Positions 1 through 8,570 of a DNA stretch of 30,294 nucleotides are shown here, one piece after another. Source of the DNA: Candidatus Acidiferrum sp. (GTDB lineage Bacteria; Chloroflexota; Dormibacteria; Dormibacterales; Dormibacteraceae); assembly GCA_035511715.1 (NCBI GenBank), contig DATKFA010000116.1, positions 1 through 30,294 of the forward strand, read 5' to 3'. Within the stretch, counting starts at the first letter, position 1. Every line of letters starts with the position of its first letter. The notes beneath the pieces are model-generated. The model was not told where the DNA came from. It saw nothing but the letters and a program-made list of their open reading frames with translations, and made no database searches. A program made the position numbers and the translations under genes.

Positions 1-2155
1 GTCGCCGCCTGGCCGGCGCCCGACGCCCCATCGTCGAACGCCCACGAGAAGGTGTAGGGCGGTAGGCCCCCGCTCGCGGAGGCGCTGAACGCGACCTGAA
101 GAGGCGCTCCGCCGGAGGTCGGCGTGGCGCTGCTCGTCACGCTGAGGCCGGGATACACCGTGACCTGCACCGAAGACTGCGCCTTGGCTCCGCGGCTGTC
201 GGTCACCACCACCGCCGCCGTGTAGGTGCCGGCTGCGTTGTAGGTGTGGTTGACGGAGCTGGTCGTCGCGCTCGATCCGTCCCCGAGATTCCATGCGTAC
301 GTGTAGGGGGCGACCCCGCCCGTCACGGCCGCGGTGATCGTGGCCGGTAGAGGCGCGTCGCCGGTCGAGACGGTCGAGGAAGCAGTCGCCGCGAGCGGTC
401 CCGGAGCGACATTGACCGTCAAGGCCGTGGCCGCCGCTGTCGCGCCGTTGGCGTCACCGACCGTCAGGGTGGCGGTGAACGTTCCAGGCGCCGAGTACGT
501 GTGCTGCGGGCTCTGCTCGCTCGAGGTCACGCCGTCACCGAAGCTCCAGGTGAAGGTGTAGGGCGCCTTGCCGCCGGATTGGGTTCCGCTGAATGTGACC
601 GGCAGCGGCGCGGTGCCGCTCGAGGGCGAGACCGAGCTGCCGGCCGTCAAGGCCGGCGAGACCTGGATGGTCGCACTGGCGATCGCACTGTTGTGCTGGC
701 CGTCAGTGACCGTCAGGGTGGCGACGTAGGTGCCAGCCGAGGCGTAGACGTGGGTCGGGTTCTGGGAGCTCGAGCTGGATCCGTCGCCCAGGCCCCATAT
801 ATAGGTATAGGGGGCGGTTCCGCCGGAGGCCGAGCCGAAGAACGCGACGGTCACGGGTGCGTCACCCGCCTGAGGGACAGCCCCGGCCGTCGCTGCGAGA
901 GGACCAGACACCGTGATGGGACCGGCGTTCGCGACCGCGGTCTTCCCCACGGCATCGGTGACCGTCAGCGTGACCGTAAACGATCCGGCCGCCGCGTACG
1001 TGTGTGACGGGTTCTGGATAACCGAGTTGGCGCCGTCCCCGAAGCTCCACGAGTAGGAGTACGGTGCGATGCCGCTGGACGCTGAGCCGGTGAAGGTCAC
1101 GGGAAGCGGAGCGCTGCCGGCGAGCGGCGAGGCTTGCGCCGACGCCAGCGGGGCTGGGTTGACAGTGATCACGACGCTGGCCGAGGCGCTCCGCCCGGCG
1201 GCGTCCGTGGCGGTGAACACCACGGTGTAGGTTCCCGCAGCGGCGTAGACGTGACTCGGATTCTGGACGCCGTGAGACGTGGCTCCGTCGCCGAAGCTCC
1301 ACGAGTACGTGAAGGTTGGTGTGCCGCTCGTTGCGTTGCCGGTGAAGTTGACTGTCTGTGGAGCGTCGCCGTTGGTGATGCTCGCGGAAGCTGTCGCCTG
1401 AGGCGCGGGGTTGACGGTGACTGCGACGGTGGCGTTGGCCATGTGGCCGGTGACATCGAGCACCGTGAGCTGTGCGACGTAGCCGCCGACCGCGGTGTAT
1501 GTGTGGCTGGGGCTGGCGGCGCTCGAGGTGCCGCCATCACCGAAGTCCCACGTGTACGTGAATGGAGACGTCCCCCCCACGACCGTCGGGTTGAAGGCGA
1601 TGGTTGCGGGCGCGTCGCTGATCGAGGGGTTGGCGGCGATGATGAGCGAGGGATCGGCCGCGACCGAGATGGTGACCGATGACTTGCCGGTCGCACCGGC
1701 GCCGTCGGTGACGGTCAGCGTCGCGGTGAAGTTCCCCGCGACCGTGTAGGTGTGCGTCGGATTCTGGACCGTCGACGAGGTGGAGTCGCCGAACGACCAT
1801 GCATAGCTGTAAGAGCCGGCTCCGCCGCTTGCCGAACCGGTGAAGTTGACGGTGACGGGCACGTCTCCGAAGGTCGGATTCCCCGCAGCGGAGGCGACCA
1901 GTGTCGAGTGGACCGTGATGGTCGCGGTCGAAGCCATCGCCTGGGTGCCATGGCTGTCGGTGACGATCAATGCAGGCGTGAAGGAGCCTGCGCCGCTGAA
2001 CGTGTCGCTCGGGCTCTGCGCGCTGGAGCTCGATCCGTCACCGAAGTTCCACGAGTAGGTGTAGGGCGCGACGCCACCGCTGGCGCTGCCGGTGAAGTTG
2101 ACGGCGAGCGGAGCGGTGCCCGACGTCGTGCTCGCCGAAGCGCTCGCTGTGAGCG
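1..2155 (-). repeat. Array of nine PKD (Ig-like) domains of ~84 aa; the ninth is cut by the window edge
   Basis: WNFGDG, WSFGDS, WDFGDG, WSFGDG, WSFGDG, WGLGDG, WSFGDG, WNLGDG and WAFDDG motifs near 2045, 1790, 1545, 1295, 1040, 790, 545, 285 and 35 (spacing ~250 nt). Confidence 0.9.
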
Positions 2156-4052
2156 CAGGCGATGGCGAGGGCGAAGGTGAAGGGCTCGGCGTCGGTGTCG
2201 GCGACGGTGTAGGCGTCGCTGACGGCGTCGGTGGTGGTGACGGCGGTGGCGAGCCCGACCCGTTGATGGGCAGGGCGTTGATCGCCTGCAGGGCCGCCAC
2301 GTTGCCGGACTGCGTCGTCACGCTCCCGCCGAGGTAGTCCCACGCGAACACCCAGTAGCCGATCGCTCCGGAGTTCTGCCAGTGGGCGAACTGCGCCTGG
2401 ATTTCGGCAGGCGTCGGCCATCGCCACGGGCTGGCGCTGAAGTCCTGGATTCCGAACTCCCAGTTCTGCAGGCCGGCGGCGTGGATCTGTTGTACGGCGC
2501 TGTCGATCGCCGAGTAGTCGCACGGACCTGACTGGCAGGGATAGACATCGAAGGCCAGGATGTCCACCGAGCCGGCCATCGGGATGTTGGGCAGGACGGG
2601 GTTGCCGACCTGGAACTGGTCATCGAAGGTCCATGTCTTCGCAGTCGGATCCACAGCGTGTACCGCCTGGGTCATCGACGTATAGGCGGGCGCCGCGACG
2701 CATCCGTTGGCGGTGGGCTCGTCGCCAACCATGTAGCGCAGACCTGGATGTCCGGCGGCAACGTTGGCCTGGACCAGGGCCTGGATCGCCGCGTTGGTCA
2801 TGGTCTGGGTGCACGTCGTGTTGCTGTACGCATCGACCCAGACCATGCCGGTGAGCCCGGCCGCAGCCTGCGCAACGCCATTGTCCTGGACGCCGCCGTC
2901 CGTCGCGGCATTGAATCCCGCGGCATGCATGGCCGACCAGTCAGTCGACGCGAATCGCACGATGCCGCGCGTTCCTGACGAAGGCCCCGGCGTGGGAGGC
3001 GGTGTCGGGCTCGGTGTCGCCGACGGCGATGGTGTTGGAGGAGGAGTCGGCGTTGGTGTGGGGGTTGGCTTCGGAGTAGGCGTGGGTGTGGGAGTTGGCG
3101 TTGGTGTCGGCGAGGGGCTCGGGGGCGGCGGAGGTGGAGGTGCCGCCCCCGTGAGCAGAGGAAGGATGTCGCCTACAGTTCCGCCCTCGGCGGGCACATT
3201 CGAGTCCGCAGAGTGACCGAGCAGACCGACCCCGTAAGCCTCTTCCAGGCCGCGGAGCACGCCGTAGTGGCTGGCCGGTCCGATCGTCACGCTGTGGTTG
3301 GCACCAACGGAGATCAATAGGATCTGCTCGTTGCTGGTCCCTTCGTCCTCGTCCCACCAGACCACGATCCGGCTGCCGGGAGTGAACCAGCTCGAGTTAC
3401 GCAGCTGCGTGACCTGGGAGTTGAGGTAGGCGTCGCCCTGCTGATCGGTGCCGTCGTGCATATCGTTGATCAAGTTGGGTGTGATCCAGATAAATGACGG
3501 CGCGGTGCCTGCGCTCAGGTCGGTGGCGAGCTGCGTGTAAGGCACCATGCGGTTGCACTGGGTGGCGTTGTTGCGGACTGAGTCGTAGTAGTACTGGGGC
3601 GCATGGTTGACATCGAAGTTGCTGAAACCGCTGTCCTTGTCGCAGAGAATGCTCTGGTCCTGGACGTAACCCTTCCAGCTGATCCCGGCGTTGGCCAGCT
3701 CGTCGTAGAAGGTGGGGCCTGGGTACGTGGCGTTAGACGGCGCAGTGTCCTGGGGACAGCCGTGGATCGAACCGTCGGTGATGCTGAGATAGTTGGGCAG
3801 GCTGGGATGACACGTGTCGGTGATGCTTGCGATCCCGTTGCCGTTGATGAGGCTCTGAGTGAACGGCATGCTCGAATTGCCGACGACAGTCGTGTAACCG
3901 TGGTTCTCCATCGCGATGAAAGCGATGTGCGGTGGAGTTGCAGCTGATGTTGGTCGCAAGCTGAACGGTAGGACGAGCAGCGCGAGCAGCACCGCCCACG
4001 CGTAAGCGGACACGCGTTTCTCCCAGAGGCGCGCAATCATCGGACCGTTCAT
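1..4052 (-). CDS. Large secreted multidomain protein, truncated by the window edge: signal peptide + phosphoesterase (SapM/AcpA-like, PF04185-type) + Pro/Thr linker + GH-like TIM-barrel domain + Pro/Thr/Ser linker + >=9 PKD repeats
   Basis: Manual translation of the reverse strand from ATG 4052 (or ATG 4040) is open to position 1: MIARLWEKRVSAYAWAVLLALLVLPFSLRPTSAATPPHIAFIAMENHGY...CHPSLPNY...NDMHDG...RGLEEAYGVGLLGHSAD, then (TP)n, then MHAAGFNA...GDEP...DILAFDVYPC...IQDF...GYWVFAW, then repeats of Y(T/S)YxWxFGDG...NPxHTY. Absent from the ORF track because there is no stop in the window. Confidence 0.92.
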   Translation of the reverse strand, partial: MNGPMIARLWEKRVSAYAWAVLLALLVLPFSLRPTSAATPPHIAFIAMENHGYTTVVGNSSMPFTQSLINGNGIASITDTCHPSLPNYLSITDGSIHGCPQDTAPSNATYPGPTFYDELANAGISWKGYVQDQSILCDKDSGFSNFDVNHAPQYYYDSVRNNATQCNRMVPYTQLATDLSAGTAPSFIWITPNLINDMHDGTDQQGDAYLNSQVTQLRNSSWFTPGSRIVVWWDEDEGTSNEQILLISVGANHSVTIGPASHYGVLRGLEEAYGVGLLGHSADSNVPAEGGTVGDILPLLTGAAPPPPPPPSPSPTPTPTPTPTPTPKPTPTPTPTPPPTPSPSATPSPTPPPTPGPSSGTRGIVRFASTDWSAMHAAGFNAATDGGVQDNGVAQAAAGLTGMVWVDAYSNTTCTQTMTNAAIQALVQANVAAGHPGLRYMVGDEPTANGCVAAPAYTSMTQAVHAVDPTAKTWTFDDQFQVGNPVLPNIPMAGSVDILAFDVYPCQSGPCDYSAIDSAVQQIHAAGLQNWEFGIQDFSASPWRWPTPAEIQAQFAHWQNSGAIGYWVFAWDYLGGSVTTQSGNVAALQAINALPINGSGSPPPSPPPTPSATPTPSPTPTPSPSPSPSPSPALTASASASTTSGTAPLAVNFTGSASGGVAPYTYSWNFGDGSSSSAQSPSDTFSGAGSFTPALIVTDSHGTQAMASTATITVHSTLVASAAGNPTFGDVPVTVNFTGSASGGAGSYSYAWSFGDSTSSTVQNPTHTYTVAGNFTATLTVTDGAGATGKSSVTISVAADPSLIIAANPSISDAPATIAFNPTVVGGTSPFTYTWDFGDGGTSSAASPSHTYTAVGGYVAQLTVLDVTGHMANATVAVTVNPAPQATASASITNGDAPQTVNFTGNATSGTPTFTYSWSFGDGATSHGVQNPSHVYAAAGTYTVVFTATDAAGRSASASVVITVNPAPLASAQASPLAGSAPLPVTFTGSASSGIAPYSYSWSFGDGANSVIQNPSHTYAAAGSFTVTLTVTDAVGKTAVANAGPITVSGPLAATAGAVPQAGDAPVTVAFFGSASGGTAPYTYIWGLGDGSSSSSQNPTHVYASAGTYVATLTVTDGQHNSAIASATIQVSPALTAGSSVSPSSGTAPLPVTFSGTQSGGKAPYTFTWSFGDGVTSSEQSPQHTYSAPGTFTATLTVGDANGATAAATALTVNVAPGPLAATASSTVSTGDAPLPATITAAVTGGVAPYTYAWNLGDGSSATTSSVNHTYNAAGTYTAAVVVTDSRGAKAQSSVQVTVYPGLSVTSSATPTSGGAPLQVAFSASASGGLPPYTFSWAFDDGASGAGQAA
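2160..2258 (-). repeat. Pro/Ser/Thr low-complexity linker between the GH-like domain and the PKD array
   Basis: Translates as SPPPSPPPTPSATPTPSPTPTPSPSPSPSPSP. Confidence 0.85.
2985..3150 (-). repeat. Pro/Thr low-complexity linker between the phosphoesterase and GH-like domains
   Basis: Translates as APPPPPPSPSPTPTPTPTPTPTPKPTPTPTPTPPPTPSPSATPSPTPPPTPGP. Confidence 0.85.
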
Positions 4053-4512
4053 TTGAGCGAGCACGTGGAAGCACTGGTTTCACATGAGTGCATGTGTCGT
4101 CTACCCCCGGTGACACTGACCCTGTCAGCGTTTGATCAGTTGGACCGTCCTCTCGTTCGATGCTGTCCAACCATCCGAACGACCAGACCGCGGTGTTCTT
4201 GCGTTTGTTATTCGCCGCCGGGCGGCGCAAAACCCCCGCTCTCTTTGCAGTTCTAAACCATTTGCCCCATAGGTTGCAAGTCCTATGGCATTCCGCAAAG
4301 TCACAAAACGCGTCACATCGCGCATGAGACCACGGGCCTATTTACATCAGGACACCTTGCTCATGCGTCCCAAAGTCATTCGGGACAGCCCTCGATCGCG
4401 CGCCCTTCTTCCCTAATGAGATCGAGAACGCGTTCGCATACGCTCCGAAGCACATGACGCCGCAATCGTCCAAGTCCATCGTTTGCCTAACGGCGCCCAC
4501 ACGGAGCTGACA
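4053..4512. promoter_or_regulatory. Divergent intergenic/promoter region with several operator-like inverted and direct repeats
   Basis: Non-coding and more AT-rich than its flanks. CACATG-N4-CATGTG (4081-4096), CTGAC-N3-GTCAG (4116-4128), CGCCGCC-N-GGCGGCG (4213-4227), CCATAGG-N8-CCTATGG (4267-4288), GTCACA-N6-GTCACA direct repeat (4300-4317), GTCCC-N10-GGGAC (4367-4386). Confidence 0.55.
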
Positions 4513-5832
4513 TTGGGACTTCAAGAAGTTATTCGACGCATCGTGCTCGGCCACTGGTACGTGATCGCTTTCTTCGTCCTCGCGGCGTTAGCGGGCGTGG
4601 TGGTGATTCATCTCGGTGAGCCGGCGACCTACACAGCATCCACGCGACTCGTCCTGGATGCGCCCGCGCCGCAATCAGTCGGAGAAGCGCAGGCGCTGTC
4701 AGACGCTGCCAAAGCCATCGTCACGAGTCCTTCACACATCGTCGCCGCCCTCAAGGCCGCGGGAGTCTCGCGTGACCCGGTCAACGTCGAGAAGAACATC
4801 ACGCTCGTCCCGGTCGGCACGTCGGGAGTCCTCCAGCTCTCGGTGCAGGACACCAGCGCGACAGTTTCGGCGGCGATTACCAACGCGCTCGCTGACAACC
4901 TGATTCAGACGCGACTCGCGGTCAGTCCCGCGGCTCGTATCACTTCCCTCGATTCGCGGATCAACACGCTCAACGATCGGATCACGGCAATCGATGAGCA
5001 GATCGCGTCCCTCCAGGATCAGCTCGCGCAGCTCCACGTGAATCCCAACGATCCGACCACTGCAGCCGTCCAGGCGCAGATCCTCGACGACCGCATCGCG
5101 GCGTACAGCAGCGAGCGGGCGGCCCTCACGCAGGAGGAGCTTCAGCTGGAGTCGGAGCGCAACAACCTCATCTCCAGCGGTTCCGACTCGACGCCATCGG
5201 TGATCGACAAGGCGACTCCGCCAGCGAACCCGGACCCGTCGCGGCTGCCGATCGACCTGGCGCTGGCGCTGATCGTCGGTCTCGTGCTCGGCACCGGAGC
5301 GGCGTCGATGCTCGAGATCTTCGGCCCGTCCCTGAGCGGCGCCGAAGCGATCGCGTCGACCCTGGGCCTACCCGTGCTGGGCACGCTGCCGGACGAGGAC
5401 GGGTCGCTTTCTGATCGTCTGACCCTCGGGGCACGTGCTGCCGATGTGGAGGCCGTCGAGCTGGTGGGGATCGGCCGTGTCACCGGCATGTCGTCGCTGG
5501 CCAAGGCGCTTTCTGGAAGCGGTCTTTCCGTCTTCACTGTCGAAGATGCGCCAGGCAAGCACGGGTCCACGGCGCCAACCGGGCCGTCGGCGCTCGTGCT
5601 CGTCGCGCCTGAACGGATCCGCAAGTCCGCGGTCGGTCCGGCCAAGGACCTGCTGTCCGTGAGCGAGCGGCCGGTGCTCGGACTCGTGGCCTACTCGAAC
5701 CGCCGGACCCATATCGACGAGGGCCCTCCGATCAACGTGGGGCCACGCCTCGAGGTCGTCACCAAGCGGCGCAGTGAAGCGCCCGATGGGATCAGCAAAG
5801 AGATCCTGTCGGACCTTTGGGGTGCGCGATGA
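4513..5832 (+). CDS. Polysaccharide co-polymerase / chain-length determinant (Wzz/Wzc-N-like) with a degenerate kinase-like C-terminal tail
   Basis: Likely TTG start at 4513 with GGAG at 4503-4506. N-terminal TM (WYVIAFFVLAALAGVVVI) followed by TYTASTRLVL, a coiled coil (ITSLDSRINTLNDRITAIDEQIASLQDQLAQL), VIDKATPP..P, a second TM and the LGLPVLGTLP motif. Confidence 0.85.
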   Translation: MGLQEVIRRIVLGHWYVIAFFVLAALAGVVVIHLGEPATYTASTRLVLDAPAPQSVGEAQALSDAAKAIVTSPSHIVAALKAAGVSRDPVNVEKNITLVPVGTSGVLQLSVQDTSATVSAAITNALADNLIQTRLAVSPAARITSLDSRINTLNDRITAIDEQIASLQDQLAQLHVNPNDPTTAAVQAQILDDRIAAYSSERAALTQEELQLESERNNLISSGSDSTPSVIDKATPPANPDPSRLPIDLALALIVGLVLGTGAASMLEIFGPSLSGAEAIASTLGLPVLGTLPDEDGSLSDRLTLGARAADVEAVELVGIGRVTGMSSLAKALSGSGLSVFTVEDAPGKHGSTAPTGPSALVLVAPERIRKSAVGPAKDLLSVSERPVLGLVAYSNRRTHIDEGPPINVGPRLEVVTKRRSEAPDGISKEILSDLWGAR

Positions 5833-7046
5833 CGATCGCACTGAACCAGCCGTCCCACGCCGCGCGCATACCGTTCGCCAAAGCCGAGATCAGCGCTGAA
5901 GCCCGCGAAGCCTCGGCTCGAGTCCTCGCCTCCGGATGGATCACGACCGGACCGGAGGTCCTGGAGTTCGAGCGTGAGCTCGCGGACCTGGTCGGTGCCA
6001 AGCACGCGGTGGCCGTCGCGTCGTGCACGGCTGGAATCGAGATTGCGCTACGCGCGCTGCGGCTGCGTCCGGGGGCGAAAGTGCTGACCTCGACGATGAC
6101 CTTCTGCGGCGCGGTCAACGCCATCATCCACGCCGGCCTGGAACCTGTTCTCGTCGACGTCAACGAGGACACGCTGATGCCGGACGCGGCCACGACCGAA
6201 GCTGCAGTGCGGCGCGTGGGCCGCGTCGATGCGATGGTCGTCCTGCACTTCGCAGGTCACCCTGCTCCGGTCGAGGAGCTCGCCGCCGCGGCGGGCCTTC
6301 CGCTCTCGGTCGTGATCGAGGACGCGGCCCATGCACTGGGCACCTTCGTCGACGACGTCCCGGTCGGCGCCATCTCAGCGGCCGCTTGCTTCAGCTTCTA
6401 CGCGACCAAGAACCTGCCCATCGGCGAGGGCGGAATGATCACCACCGACGATGAGGACCTCGCAGCCCACGCGCGACAGGTGCGCCTGCATGGGATGAGC
6501 CAGGACGCGTGGAAGAGATACCTGCCCGGCGCGAGCTGGCGCTATGAGGTCGACGTCGCCGGAATCAAGGCGAACATGACCGACGTCCAGGCAGCGATCG
6601 GCCGCGCGCAGCTGCTGCACTTCCACGAGTGGCAGACGCGGCGCGAGCAGGTGGCCATCGCGTATGAGTCGAGACTTGCGCGGATCGAGGGCGTACGCAC
6701 GCCATCATGGCCGTCGACTGGCAAGCACGCGTGGCACCTCTACGTGATCCAGCTCGAGCGCGAGTTCGGTCTCGACCGCGACAGCTTCATGAGAGACATC
6801 GCGGAGCGGGGCGTCGACTGCTCTGTGCACTTCATCCCGCTCCATCACCAGCCCTACTTCAAGCGACTGCTTGCGAGCCAGCGACCTCAAACGTTTCCGG
6901 CCGCGGATGCCGCGTTCTCGAGGATCGTGTCGCTCCCCTTTTATCCCGGCCTTTCTGATGGCCTGGTCGATCGCATCTGCGAAGAGATCGACTGTGTACG
7001 AATGACCGCAAGAGAGACGCGGGTCGCACGACGGGTGGTGGCCTAG
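5829..7046 (+). CDS. DegT/DnrJ/EryC1/StrS-family PLP-dependent nucleotide-sugar aminotransferase
   Basis: SGWITTGP, IEDAAHALG, FSFYATKNLPIGEGGM (PLP lysine), KANMTDVQAAIG, WHLYVI. ATG 5829 overlaps the upstream stop (ATGA). Confidence 0.95.
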   Translation: MTIALNQPSHAARIPFAKAEISAEAREASARVLASGWITTGPEVLEFERELADLVGAKHAVAVASCTAGIEIALRALRLRPGAKVLTSTMTFCGAVNAIIHAGLEPVLVDVNEDTLMPDAATTEAAVRRVGRVDAMVVLHFAGHPAPVEELAAAAGLPLSVVIEDAAHALGTFVDDVPVGAISAAACFSFYATKNLPIGEGGMITTDDEDLAAHARQVRLHGMSQDAWKRYLPGASWRYEVDVAGIKANMTDVQAAIGRAQLLHFHEWQTRREQVAIAYESRLARIEGVRTPSWPSTGKHAWHLYVIQLEREFGLDRDSFMRDIAERGVDCSVHFIPLHHQPYFKRLLASQRPQTFPAADAAFSRIVSLPFYPGLSDGLVDRICEEIDCVRMTARETRVARRVVA

Positions 7047-8570
7047 ATGGCGCTCGAGATAGAGACGGGAGAGCTCAAGCCGGTTCCCGAGTGGCAGCCG
7101 TCGCGCCCGCGCGGAGGCAAGGAGGCGGGCCGCCGGACCCTCGTCATCGGCGCCGGCGAAGCGGGACGCACCCTCGCGCGCGACCTGCGGCGCACGCCCT
7201 CGTACGGGCTCGAGCCGATTGGATTCCTGGATGACAACCCTCGACTGAAGGGCGCGAACGGGCTGCCGGTGCTAGGAAAAATTTCCGAGCTCGGGGCGAT
7301 CACGTCGACATACGCGATCGCGGTCGCGATCGTCGCGATTCCTTCTTTGAAACCGCAGCAGATCCGCCGCCTGGCGGAGGCCGCAAGCGCGGCCGGGGTC
7401 AGCGTCCGTTACCTGCCGTCGTTCGGCGCCGCGCTCGAGCGCGACGCGCGCATTGCTGACCTGCGGCGACTGAGCGTCGACCGCCTTCTCGGCCGTCAGG
7501 AGATGCACGTCATGCGCACCGCCTCGCGGTCGGTGATCGAAGGCAAGCGCGTGCTCGTGACTGGCGCCGGCGGATCGATCGGCAGCGAGCTCTGCCGGCA
7601 GATCAAGGGGTTCAACCCGGCCGCGATGTACCTGCTCGACCACGACGAGTCGAACCTCCATCGGCTGCAGCTGCAGATGAGCGGCAAGGCGCTGCTCGAC
7701 AGCGACGAGCTCGTGATCGCCGACATCCGCGACCGCAATCGGATCTTTCAACTTTTCTCCGACCTTCGATTCGACGTCGTCTTCCACGCCGCCGCGCACA
7801 AGCACCTGCCTCTGCTCGAGCGGCACCCGTGTGAAGGCGTCAAGTCGAACGTCCTCGGCACCAAGCACCTTGTCGAGGCCGCGGTCGCGACCGAAGTCGA
7901 GCGGTTCATCCTGATCTCGACCGACAAGGCCGCGGATCCGATCTCGGTCCTGGGCGCGACCAAGCGTGTGGCCGAGATGATCGTGCAGGCTCACGCCGGC
8001 GGCTACACGCGATTTGCGTCCGTGCGGTTCGGCAACGTGCTCGGCAGCCGCGGCTCGTTCCTCTCCGTTCTCTCGGAGCAGATCGAGAACGGCGAGGCCG
8101 TGACCGTCACCCACCCGGAGGTGACTCGTTTCTTCATGACGGTCGAGGAAGCGGTCGGCCTCGTGATCGAGGCGGCGAGCATGGCCGAGCTCGGCGAGAC
8201 GTTCGTCCTCGACATGGGCGAGCCGGTGCGGATCGTCGACCTGGTTCACAACTACGCCGCGCAGTTCCACCTGAGCGAGGGCGACTTCGAGATCCTGTTC
8301 ACCGGACTTCGCGGAGGCGAGAAGCTGAACGAAGCGCTGTTCAGCGAAGGCGAGGAGCGGCTGCCAACCGACCATCCCCGCATCTGGGCGGCCCTGCCAA
8401 CGCCCGCGCCATACGACGTGGACCTGAGCATCGACGGCCTCATCGATGCCGCCCTGATGAACCGCAGCGATCTCGCGCGCCAGCTGCTCGGTCAGATCTT
8501 GCCGCCGTTCACAAAGTCGCAGATTCCATCCACGCCTGCACTCGCAGCTCCGTATCCCGACGGGTTCTGA
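7047..8570 (+). CDS. UDP-GlcNAc 4,6-dehydratase-like protein (CapD/PglF/WbpM family, Polysacc_synt_2) lacking the N-terminal TM region
   Basis: TLVIGAGEAG linker domain, VLVTGAGGSIGSELCRQ, VFHAAAHKHLP, ISTDKA, GATKR, VRFGNVLGSRGS, VTHPEVTRFFMT, GLRGGEKL.E.L. Confidence 0.93.
   Translation: MALEIETGELKPVPEWQPSRPRGGKEAGRRTLVIGAGEAGRTLARDLRRTPSYGLEPIGFLDDNPRLKGANGLPVLGKISELGAITSTYAIAVAIVAIPSLKPQQIRRLAEAASAAGVSVRYLPSFGAALERDARIADLRRLSVDRLLGRQEMHVMRTASRSVIEGKRVLVTGAGGSIGSELCRQIKGFNPAAMYLLDHDESNLHRLQLQMSGKALLDSDELVIADIRDRNRIFQLFSDLRFDVVFHAAAHKHLPLLERHPCEGVKSNVLGTKHLVEAAVATEVERFILISTDKAADPISVLGATKRVAEMIVQAHAGGYTRFASVRFGNVLGSRGSFLSVLSEQIENGEAVTVTHPEVTRFFMTVEEAVGLVIEAASMAELGETFVLDMGEPVRIVDLVHNYAAQFHLSEGDFEILFTGLRGGEKLNEALFSEGEERLPTDHPRIWAALPTPAPYDVDLSIDGLIDAALMNRSDLARQLLGQILPPFTKSQIPSTPALAAPYPDGF

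Noticed and set aside
334-3947. Many + strand ORFs over the left 4 kb (e.g. 334-561, 1495-1749, 2764-3216 with GV repeats)
   Set aside because: They are antisense shadows of the long - strand protein; the GVGVGV runs are the reverse reading of the TPTPTP linkers.
4213-4227. GC-rich hairpin as an intrinsic terminator
   Set aside because: There is no U-tract after the stem on either strand; kept only as a possible operator.
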